A DNA stretch of 31,235 nt, taken from NCBI GenBank assembly GCA_011364975.1, contig RDOE01000042.1:1-31235 (forward strand), given 5' to 3'. This document shows, piece by piece, positions 9,062 to 16,860 of this stretch. The notes below the pieces were generated by a model. It was given only the letters and a program-made list of their open reading frames with translations. It was not told the origin of the DNA and ran no database searches. Each line of letters begins with the position of its first letter. Positions within the stretch are counted from its first letter, which is position 1. This stretch comes from Promethearchaeota archaeon. GTDB taxonomy: Archaea; Asgardarchaeota; Lokiarchaeia; Sigyniarchaeales; SOKP01. A program made the translations under genes and the position numbers.

Positions 9062-10297
9062 TTAGTTCGCTTCTTTATCATTTTCACCTTTTTTAGCTAA
9101 TCGATCTAGAGATTCATCAGCGTTTTGCAGTTCATCTTCTAAAATTTTTTGTTCTTTTTCTCTGATCTTTTTCTGTTTTAATTCAAGTTCGACTTGCGAA
9201 AGCTCTGTTTCTTTTTCTAATAATTCTTCTTTCATTTTTAATGTTTTTTCTTTTTCCTGAATAGCAATCTCTTCAATCTCTTGTTCTTTTAACTCTAACT
9301 CTAATTTTTTCTTTTTAATTTCAAGATCTTTCTTTTTTAATTCAATAGCTTTGTCAATAATTGCTTCTTCTTCTTTTTTCATTTTTTTTATTACTTTTTT
9401 AGGAATATCTTCTTGAGTTTGGGGAATTTTACTTTCTTGTTCTATCAAATTTTCTTTAATTTTGAGTGTTTTCTCTTTTTCTTTAATCATTTTTTCTTCT
9501 ATCGCTTTTTCTTTTTCTTCTATTTCTAATTTCTTTTTTTTGATTTCTAATTCCTTCCTCTTTAACTCTAATTCCTTATCAACAATTTCAGCTTCTTCTC
9601 GTTCTAATTTTTCTTCCTCTGTTAATGTTACTTTCTCCTCTTCTTCCACAATTTCTTCTATTTTTTCAACTGTTACAATTGCTTTCAATATACTATCAAC
9701 TGCATTCTTAAGATTCTCGTCTTCTGGATGCTCTTTGCTATAAGAAGTTATTATTTTTGTAACAAGAGACGGAGTATTGCGACCTATGGCTTTTAAAGCT
9801 TGAATAGCTTTTTCAATAACAAATTCTTGGGTATCACTTAGTAGTTTAGCAATATTTTTTATTAATGACTCATCATCAATTTTTTTATCTCCTCCAGCCA
9901 TAAAAATAAGTAATTGGAGATCAGCTTCTCTAACATTTGGATCATCAGAGCTTAATAAATCTTCACTATATGGTAAAAATAACTCGCATTCATTTTCACA
10001 TAAAGATTTAAGTAATAAAAGAAAAGAATATCTTAAAACTGAGTCACGTTTTGAAAGATTTTCTAATATGGAGGGGATATCGATAATTAATTGTTCAATT
10101 AGAAATCTAAGAACTGTTCTGCCACCATGTAATAATAACAGAGTTTCAATAACATCTTCTAATCTATCTAAATAATTAACCTCTGTTGAATCACCTAAAT
10201 ATAATGCAATAATATTAGCAGCATCGTCAAACCTTTTATCATTAACAAAATCTTTAATTTTTTTAATTTCAGGATTTTGGCTTTCTTTTTCACTCAT
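9062..10297 (-). CDS. HEAT-repeat protein with long charged coiled-coil tail
   Basis: HEAT-like units (LENLSKRDSVLRYSFLLLL; DLLSSDDPNVREADLQLL; KLLSDTQEFVIEKAIQALKAIG), then about 190 aa of E/K-rich coiled coil containing an internal duplication. GAGTGA SD-like site upstream. Confidence 0.85.
   Translation of the reverse strand: MSEKESQNPEIKKIKDFVNDKRFDDAANIIALYLGDSTEVNYLDRLEDVIETLLLLHGGRTVLRFLIEQLIIDIPSILENLSKRDSVLRYSFLLLLKSLCENECELFLPYSEDLLSSDDPNVREADLQLLIFMAGGDKKIDDESLIKNIAKLLSDTQEFVIEKAIQALKAIGRNTPSLVTKIITSYSKEHPEDENLKNAVDSILKAIVTVEKIEEIVEEEEKVTLTEEEKLEREEAEIVDKELELKRKELEIKKKKLEIEEKEKAIEEKMIKEKEKTLKIKENLIEQESKIPQTQEDIPKKVIKKMKKEEEAIIDKAIELKKKDLEIKKKKLELELKEQEIEEIAIQEKEKTLKMKEELLEKETELSQVELELKQKKIREKEQKILEDELQNADESLDRLAKKGENDKEAN
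9205..9615 (-). repeat. Internal duplication with 75-aa (225 nt) period in the coiled coil
   Basis: EEAEIVDKELELKRKELEIKKKKLEIEEKEKAIEEKMIKEKEKTLKIKENLIE versus EEEAIIDKAIELKKKDLEIKKKKLELELKEQEIEEIAIQEKEKTLKMKEELLE. The equivalent Asp codons are at 9578-9580 and 9353-9355. Confidence 0.85.
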
Positions 10298-10339
10298 TCA
10301 AATCACTCTTTAATAGTTTTTTAAATAACCTCTTTCTCT

Positions 10340-11299
10340 TTAAACCCAAAGAATATAAAAATCTTCATATAGACGATAAAGAATGTTAAAGATTAGTCTT
10401 AAATCCCTATATCTTAACATACCTTTCATTTTTTTGTCTAAATAATAATCCGATTCAATTCCAATTCTGATTTTGATTTTAAGATTATCTAATTTATCAT
10501 AATAAATATTAATTTCCTTTGCAAATTGACAGAGAGCGTCTATATCATTAGGAAAGACATTCCAGAGATAATTATCTTTTTTAGAACTATTCTCATCAGG
10601 TGGGACCTTACTGATTTTAAATAAAGTTTCTTTGGGAATCATTGTAGTAAGTTCTATACAATCATTTGGGATCATCTTTAAAGAAATTTCAGGAAAGTAA
10701 ATTTTCGCGAACAATTTAGTTAAAGCATGCAATAATTCTAACTCCTTAATACTTTCACGAGTGGCATTGCATAATACATAGTTTTCTTCGATAAAAATGA
10801 CGTGAAGTTTATCATCATATTTAATAATCATAAATTTTTTTTGTTCTGAAAGTAAATAATCAAAATTTTCCTCTCTATTATTAATGCGATCGTTAAAAAC
10901 TTTATTAATCTCTTTGAAATCTTGTTTTGTGAAATATTTATTGAGTTTTCTGTAATCTCCGTGAAAAAAAACGTCAAGAAAATCAATTAAGTAAAGATAA
11001 GAATCATTTGGTTTGTAAACTACGGTTTTATTCCTAAAATCTCTTAAAACTATATTTTTATGTACACTATAACAAAAACCTGGTTGATCTTCTACTTTTA
11101 GCCCATTTAATAATCTTAATTTTAAAAGAAACCTTCTAGAGCATAATGGTGTTAAGGTACATTGAATTCGGTCGATCTGGCATTCTTCAAAACAGAGTTT
11201 ATTAATTCTTAGATTTAATAAATCTAAGAGTTCTGATTTGAACTTCGAATCAGTCTCCGTATCTAAAAAACTTGAAATATGCTCCGGTAATAATGGCAT
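10340..11299 (-). CDS. Hypothetical protein with N-terminal cysteine cluster
   Basis: 319-aa ORF with CFEECQIDRIQCTLTPLC (C-x3-C-x6-C-x5-C) plus PGFCYSVH. It ends 42 nt before the start of the HEAT/coiled-coil gene, suggesting an operon. Confidence 0.8.
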   Translation of the reverse strand: MPLLPEHISSFLDTETDSKFKSELLDLLNLRINKLCFEECQIDRIQCTLTPLCSRRFLLKLRLLNGLKVEDQPGFCYSVHKNIVLRDFRNKTVVYKPNDSYLYLIDFLDVFFHGDYRKLNKYFTKQDFKEINKVFNDRINNREENFDYLLSEQKKFMIIKYDDKLHVIFIEENYVLCNATRESIKELELLHALTKLFAKIYFPEISLKMIPNDCIELTTMIPKETLFKISKVPPDENSSKKDNYLWNVFPNDIDALCQFAKEINIYYDKLDNLKIKIRIGIESDYYLDKKMKGMLRYRDLRLIFNILYRLYEDFYILWV

Positions 11300-11499
11300 T
11301 TTGGGTAATCCGTGAAATATATAACTTTAACTAACTATTCTTTAATAATTAATGATTTCTAAAAATTTTTAGTATTTCAGTAAAAGAGTTCCATATTTAA
11401 TTTAATCTTAATGAAATTATCTAGGTCAAAAAGGTTTAGGACTATAAAAGGAATTAATAATATTAATTTTGAAATTTATCAACTTACAGAGATTTTTCA

Positions 11500-11919
11500 T
11501 TAATTACCACAATATGGACAAAAGCGAAAATCAGGTTCCATTTTATGTCCACAATAAGGACAGAAATTTTTTGGCTTGGAAGCGGAATTGGTCGACACCT
11601 TTTGAGGAGAATAATTTTTATTTAGATAATTACCTTTAGTAGTGTATCCTTGAAAAGAAGGTTTATCTCTCATATAATTGAGACCCATATTGACTCTCGT
11701 TAAGCCTTTAGTTTTCAAGATTAAGGTTTTAAAAATTAGTATTGAAGAGAGTATTAATACAGTTGCAAAAAATATAATCCAACCAATAGTAAAGGATAAA
11801 ATACCAATTCCGTTCATAAAAACAATAAACATCATGCTTGATAAGACAATTATGGCAGAAATAATACCACAAAAACTGTCAACTATTATCTTATGGCTAT
11901 CATCTCTTTCGGCGGGCAG
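11500..11919 (-). CDS. Small membrane protein with C-terminal zinc-ribbon domain (probable CTG start)
   Basis: C-terminal FCPYCGHKMEPDFRFCPYCG. The frame stays open upstream of ATG 11835, adding LPAERDDSHKIIVDSFCGIISAIIVLSS, which completes a first TM helix. CTG at 11919-11917 lies 7 nt after AGGTGA (11932-11927). The minimal call is 11500-11835. Confidence 0.75.
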   Translation of the reverse strand: MPAERDDSHKIIVDSFCGIISAIIVLSSMMFIVFMNGIGILSFTIGWIIFFATVLILSSILIFKTLILKTKGLTRVNMGLNYMRDKPSFQGYTTKGNYLNKNYSPQKVSTNSASKPKNFCPYCGHKMEPDFRFCPYCGN

Positions 11920-11926
11920 ATTAAAT

Positions 11927-11932
11927 TCACCT
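11927..11932 (-). promoter_or_regulatory. Shine-Dalgarno AGGTGA
   Basis: TCACCT on the + strand, 7 nt from an in-frame CTG. Confidence 0.55.
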
Positions 11933-12169
11933 TTATCTAATTATGCTCTCTATGTAAAATGATAAACAATTATACTTATAAATACTTGTATCTCATAGAT
12001 TTAGATTAATTTTTAGTTTCTTCCTCTCGAGTCTAAAAAGAAAGATTGATTATTTGGTATTTATTACAAATCAAGATAAATGAATTGTAAAGTATATTAA
12101 TAAGGGTTATTTATATTTTTATTAAAAAGAATAAAAAGTATTGCTTCATTATATTAAATCTCGAGAAAA

Positions 12170-13684
12170 ATGATAAGACAAGTTCACGTTTTCTATAAAG
12201 GAGATAGGATTTATAATTATTCATATGCTATTGGTTTATCAGATGAGGATTTAAATAATGTAAAAAAAATTATTCAATCATTCTTAGATATGCCTATTTC
12301 TGGGAAAATTTTTCAGCGTCCTGTTTCAGAAAACTTTCAAATTTTCCATAAATCTGAACAAAGTATTTTATTTTTAATTATTGCTGATTTAACCGACCAG
12401 ATTGAGTACGTTAAGAATATTATTAATAAAATTATAGTTAAGTTTAATAAACTTTTTCCTGATCCTAGTAGCATTCACCTTGAGAGTGATAAAAAGTCAG
12501 AATTTGATCTTTATCTTAGAGAGATTCAATATGATTTACATTCAAAAATTACAATTTTAGGACCTTTTAATTCTGGTAAAACAACCCTATATAACCTTTT
12601 AAGGAGTAATAATGAGAAATTAATTATGAATTTCGCAAAATCATCTCTTTTTAAAATTGAAAATTTAAAATTTGATTTATGGGACTTTCAATTAGATGAT
12701 AATTTTTCACTATTATGGTCTAAATTTGTAAGTGGTTCTGATTTAATTATTCTTCTATTTGACTTATCAAATTATCATTTGAAAGTTATAGACCACTTTT
12801 TAAATTTGATCAAGCGGGAAAGCAAATTTTCAAAAGTTATTATTTTAGGAAATAAAAGAGATTTAGTGGAAGAAATTGATATAAAATTAGTCAGGAATGA
12901 ATTAAATTTACCCCATTTTGAAGAGATATCACTAATAAATGATAATGTAAAGGACCAAATCCTATTTTTAATCTCAAAAACCTTAGCATTGAGAAAATAT
13001 TTACCTCAAAACTTTAAACATTTAATGAAGGATGCAATAGATACTGAAAATGAAGGAAAATTAGTTTTAGCTATTGCAAAATATAAAGAGTTAATTAAAA
13101 TTTGCAATGAGTATCAAGATTTTACATATTTAGACACATTTAAACAAAAAGTTGATGAACTACAAAAAATGGTTGAAAAGCAATCAGAACGAAGAAGAGC
13201 TGAAGAAAGCAAGAAAAAGTTTGAAATACCTGGTAAAATTATATTTACAAAAAAAGTTTTAGTAAAACCCCTTCCTACTTCAGAATCTGAAATTACACAA
13301 TCGTCTATTGAAATACCTCAGGTCCCTAAAAAGTTTGAGAGTGAGATTACCAATAAAAAAACTGCTGAGGATCTAACTTTATTTAATAAAGAGGAAAAGA
13401 TTCAACAATTAAGAAAAGATTCATGGCAACCACAGGAAATAAAAACGGAATTTAAAGTGATTGCCCCTATTGAAACCTCAATTTCATATAAAGAAATGCC
13501 AGATTTGTTAAACTACCCTAAAACTCTTCAAAATTTAATTGAACAAAAAGGTAGTTCCCTTAGTTTGAAATTATGTGAACAACTAGTTAGAGAATTGCAA
13601 AATACTCTAGCACGAGTCCTAACCATGGAAGATATACAAATGGCTGCAGAAGTTTTTGTAAAACAAGAATCTTCCACAATCTAA
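12170..13684 (+). CDS. Longin-domain / small GTPase (Arf/Rab-like) fusion protein with helical C-terminal region
   Basis: N-terminal longin pattern (MIRQVHVFYKGDRIYNYSY...ILFLIIADLTD...IINKIIVKFNKLF). G1 GPFNSGKTT, G3-like LWDFQL, G4 NKRD, G5-like EISL. Then a three-helix MIT/TPR-like segment, a low-complexity linker and a small C-terminal helical domain. Confidence 0.85.
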   Translation: MIRQVHVFYKGDRIYNYSYAIGLSDEDLNNVKKIIQSFLDMPISGKIFQRPVSENFQIFHKSEQSILFLIIADLTDQIEYVKNIINKIIVKFNKLFPDPSSIHLESDKKSEFDLYLREIQYDLHSKITILGPFNSGKTTLYNLLRSNNEKLIMNFAKSSLFKIENLKFDLWDFQLDDNFSLLWSKFVSGSDLIILLFDLSNYHLKVIDHFLNLIKRESKFSKVIILGNKRDLVEEIDIKLVRNELNLPHFEEISLINDNVKDQILFLISKTLALRKYLPQNFKHLMKDAIDTENEGKLVLAIAKYKELIKICNEYQDFTYLDTFKQKVDELQKMVEKQSERRRAEESKKKFEIPGKIIFTKKVLVKPLPTSESEITQSSIEIPQVPKKFESEITNKKTAEDLTLFNKEEKIQQLRKDSWQPQEIKTEFKVIAPIETSISYKEMPDLLNYPKTLQNLIEQKGSSLSLKLCEQLVRELQNTLARVLTMEDIQMAAEVFVKQESSTI

Positions 13685-13885
13685 TCCCTCTATCTCAAAA
13701 ATCTAATTATTATAGCATAGTATAAATTAACTCAAGTATTTAAGGATAAAATCCATGTTAATAAAGATTGACTATTAAAACTTTTTTACATTTTAATAAA
13801 CCAATTTTTAAATAGAAGAAAAAAATCAAAAAATTATAATTCATTTAGGTATCGATTATATAGGTTATATACATTATAGTCTTAT

Positions 13886-13891
13886 AGGTGA
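13886..13891 (+). promoter_or_regulatory. Shine-Dalgarno AGGTGA of fprA
   Basis: AGGTGA lies 6 nt upstream of the in-frame ATC at 13898. Confidence 0.65.
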
Positions 13892-13897
13892 TTAAAA

Positions 13898-15139
13898 ATC
13901 GAACCAATTAAACTAGCAGAAGATATTTATTGGATTGGTGCAAATGTTCATACAGAGGACTTATTTGAGGGAATTTGGCCTATACCAAATGGAGTAGCAC
14001 TTAATGCATACGTTGTTAAAGGAAAAAAGACTGCAATAATTGAATGCGTGCGTGAATGGGGGGGCGCGGCACTCACATTTATGGAGAACTTAAATCAACT
14101 CTCGATTTCTCCACAGAATATTGATTATATAATCTTAAATCATTTGGAACCTGATCATACGGGATTCACTTATATGCTTAATAATCTAGCTCCTAATGCC
14201 CAATTTGTAACTACTTCAAAAGGAGTAGAGTTATTAGAAGAATTTTATGGAATTAAGGACAGTAGTATCAGCGTTAAAACAGGTGATAGTTTAGATTTAG
14301 GAAATGGGAAGAAATTTTCATTTACCGAGATACCCCATGTTCATTGGCCGGAAACGATGGTTAGTTATGAGGAAAAATCTAAAATTCTTTTTTCCGGGGA
14401 TGCTTTTGGAGCATTTGGCGTACATCAGGGACCTATTTTTGATAATGAAACTCCAAACGTAAGTAAAGAGTATTGGGAAGAAGAAATGCTACGTTATTAC
14501 GCAAATATCATCGCGATGTTTTCTCCTAATGTTATTAAGGCTATAGATTCCCTAAAAAATCTTGAAATCCAACAAATTGCTCCATCCCATGGTCTTATTT
14601 GGAAAGGTAAACCAGAAGTGGTTATTCGTAAATATAAAAGATATGCAAATTATAATCAGGATTACGCTGAACCAGAGATATGTGTGGTCTGGGGGAGTAT
14701 GTATGGAAATACTGAAAAAATGTTGAACGCGATTCTTCGAGGGATTTCTCAAGAAGGACTTCCTGTGAGTGTTTTTAGGGTACCAAATGATGATCCTTCA
14801 TATATTCTTGCCAAAGCTTATAAATCAGCGGGTTTAATAATCGGAACTCCCACATACGAGTATTCAATGTTCCCCCCTATGAAATATTTTATGGAATTGC
14901 TTCAAAAAAAGCATATCTATTACAAAAAAGTATTATTTTTTGGTTCATATGGATGGAGTGGAGGAGCCCAGAAAGATTTTGAAAAGTTATCACAAAATAT
15001 GAAGTGGGATATATTTGAACCTCTTTCTTTTAAAGGACATCCTACAAAGGAACAGCTTCAAAAAGGGATATCTTTAGCGATAGAACTAGCACAACAAGTG
15101 AAAAAAATTCCTCCAAAAGTTAATGATGAGACCTATTAA
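13898..15139 (+). CDS. fprA: Flavodiiron protein (FprA family A-type flavoprotein; O2/NO reductase)
   Basis: Metallo-beta-lactamase di-iron ligands HLEPDH, PHVHWPE, SGDAFG and PSHG; flavodoxin motifs SMYGNTE, GTPTY and FGSYGWSGG. The conserved N-terminus IEPIKLAEDIYWIG...LFEGIWPIPNGVALNAYVVKGKKTAII is encoded in frame 150 nt upstream of the track's GTG (14048). Confidence 0.93.
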   Translation: MEPIKLAEDIYWIGANVHTEDLFEGIWPIPNGVALNAYVVKGKKTAIIECVREWGGAALTFMENLNQLSISPQNIDYIILNHLEPDHTGFTYMLNNLAPNAQFVTTSKGVELLEEFYGIKDSSISVKTGDSLDLGNGKKFSFTEIPHVHWPETMVSYEEKSKILFSGDAFGAFGVHQGPIFDNETPNVSKEYWEEEMLRYYANIIAMFSPNVIKAIDSLKNLEIQQIAPSHGLIWKGKPEVVIRKYKRYANYNQDYAEPEICVVWGSMYGNTEKMLNAILRGISQEGLPVSVFRVPNDDPSYILAKAYKSAGLIIGTPTYEYSMFPPMKYFMELLQKKHIYYKKVLFFGSYGWSGGAQKDFEKLSQNMKWDIFEPLSFKGHPTKEQLQKGISLAIELAQQVKKIPPKVNDETY

Positions 15140-15208
15140 AATTGAAAAATCGATTAATTTTTAGATTTACAATACATTTTTTATCTTATATTTAAAAAAT
15201 TTTATAAA

Positions 15209-16714
15209 ATGGTTTTTAGAATGAATGCTGTTAAAGAACTAAGTGAATATTTCAGTGAAATTATGCATTTAAATTATATCCAAGCCTTACTCGGTTGGGA
15301 TCAACAAGTAAACATGATGGGATATAAATCTGTTACGGGAAGAGGAGAACAAATTGCACTTATTCACCAACTGCTCCATAAGAGATTAACATCTGAAAAG
15401 TTAGGGAAATTAATTATCGAAGCAGAAAAAGTAAAAAATCTTAATGATATAGAATCTGCAATAATTAGAGAATCTAAAAGAGCTTATGAACAAGAAATAA
15501 AGTTACCTGAGGAATTGGTAATTGAAATAGCAAAAACAACCACATCGGCCCAACAAGTATGGCAAGAAGCAAGAAAAAAAAATGATTTCAAAATGTTCCA
15601 ACCTTTACTGGAAAAAAATATTGAATTACAAATTGAAAAAGCTAAAAAACTGGAAACTCATCCTGATTTATATTCTACATTGATTGATTTATTTGAACCT
15701 AGTGCAACTTATGATTGGATTAATAGTGTTTTTAAACCTATAAAATCAAAACTTAAAGATTTAGTAAAGAAATTAGATTCTTCTCCAAATAAGCCAGAAG
15801 ACTCAATTTTAAAAAAACATTATGATCCTAACAAACAATTTGAACTAAGTCATAAAATAATTGAAAAATTACAGTTCGATTTTGATCGTGGACGTCAAGA
15901 TCGATCAACTCATCCATTTACAACTTCATTAGCTGCCTTAGACACTAGAATCACAACAAGAACAACAGAGCCTTTTCCTGATTGCATAACAAGTACTATT
16001 CATGAATGTGGTCACGCACTCTATGAAATGGGAATAAAAGAAGAATTACATAATACTATTTTATGTCAAGGTACATCTATGGCAATACATGAATCCCAAT
16101 CTAGGATGTGGGAAAATTTTATAGGAAGAAGTAAAGAATTTTGGACTTATTGGTACCCTACGTTCCAGCGATATTTCCCTGAAAATTTAGAAAACTATCC
16201 ACTAGAAGAATTTCATAGAGCTATTAATATAGTTGAACCTTCATTCATTAGAGTGAATGCAGATGAGGTGACTTATGGATTACATATTATCTTACGATTC
16301 GAATTAGAAAAAAGCCTTATTGACAGAAAAATACAAGTGAATGAATTACCAGAATTATGGAATTCTAAATTTGAAGAATTATTGGGAATTATCCCTCCTG
16401 ATGATATTAAAGGTGTTTTACAAGATGTTCATTGGTCATCGGGATATTTTGGATATTTTCCTACATATTTTCTAGGAAATCTTTATGCGGGACAAATTTA
16501 TTCATATGCCTTAAAGCTCAATCCAAACTTTCCCCAAGATTATGAAAAAGGCGAATTTTCTGGCTTGCTATCATACTTAAAAGAAAATATTCATCAATAT
16601 GGAAGCATTTATCGTGCTAACGATTTAATAAAAAGGGTTACTGGTGAAGCCTTAAATCCAGAATATTTTCTAAAATATATTGAACAAAAATATTATCCTA
16701 TCTATAAAATATAA
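15209..16714 (+). CDS. Carboxypeptidase M32 (Taq/Pfu-type metallocarboxypeptidase), copy 1
   Basis: HPF, DTRITTR, HECGHALYE (HEXXH), HESQSR, FIRVNADEVTYGLH, QDVHW and GYFPTY. The alternative start ATG 15221 (MNAVKEL) aligns with the start of copy 2. Confidence 0.95.
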   Translation: MVFRMNAVKELSEYFSEIMHLNYIQALLGWDQQVNMMGYKSVTGRGEQIALIHQLLHKRLTSEKLGKLIIEAEKVKNLNDIESAIIRESKRAYEQEIKLPEELVIEIAKTTTSAQQVWQEARKKNDFKMFQPLLEKNIELQIEKAKKLETHPDLYSTLIDLFEPSATYDWINSVFKPIKSKLKDLVKKLDSSPNKPEDSILKKHYDPNKQFELSHKIIEKLQFDFDRGRQDRSTHPFTTSLAALDTRITTRTTEPFPDCITSTIHECGHALYEMGIKEELHNTILCQGTSMAIHESQSRMWENFIGRSKEFWTYWYPTFQRYFPENLENYPLEEFHRAINIVEPSFIRVNADEVTYGLHIILRFELEKSLIDRKIQVNELPELWNSKFEELLGIIPPDDIKGVLQDVHWSSGYFGYFPTYFLGNLYAGQIYSYALKLNPNFPQDYEKGEFSGLLSYLKENIHQYGSIYRANDLIKRVTGEALNPEYFLKYIEQKYYPIYKI

Positions 16715-16860
16715 TAGAAATAGAATTCCAATTTTTATAATCTCTTTTTTTATTATTTTAATTTAAAAAGATTTTAAATAATTATTTCAAAAATTTTTGG
16801 TAAACTCTTATCTAATATCATAAATATAACTACTAAATATATTTGTTAATTGGTTAAATT

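Noticed and set aside
9462-9743. 93-aa Ser/Phe-rich + strand ORF
   Set aside because: Mirror of the Glu/Lys codons of the coiled coil on the opposite strand.
11678-11962. 94-aa + strand ORF
   Set aside because: Overlaps antisense the zinc-ribbon membrane gene, which has motifs and an SD.
14048-14050. GTG start given for fprA
   Set aside because: It would delete 50 conserved N-terminal residues encoded in frame upstream.
14552-14752. 66-aa - strand ORF
   Set aside because: Antisense to fprA.
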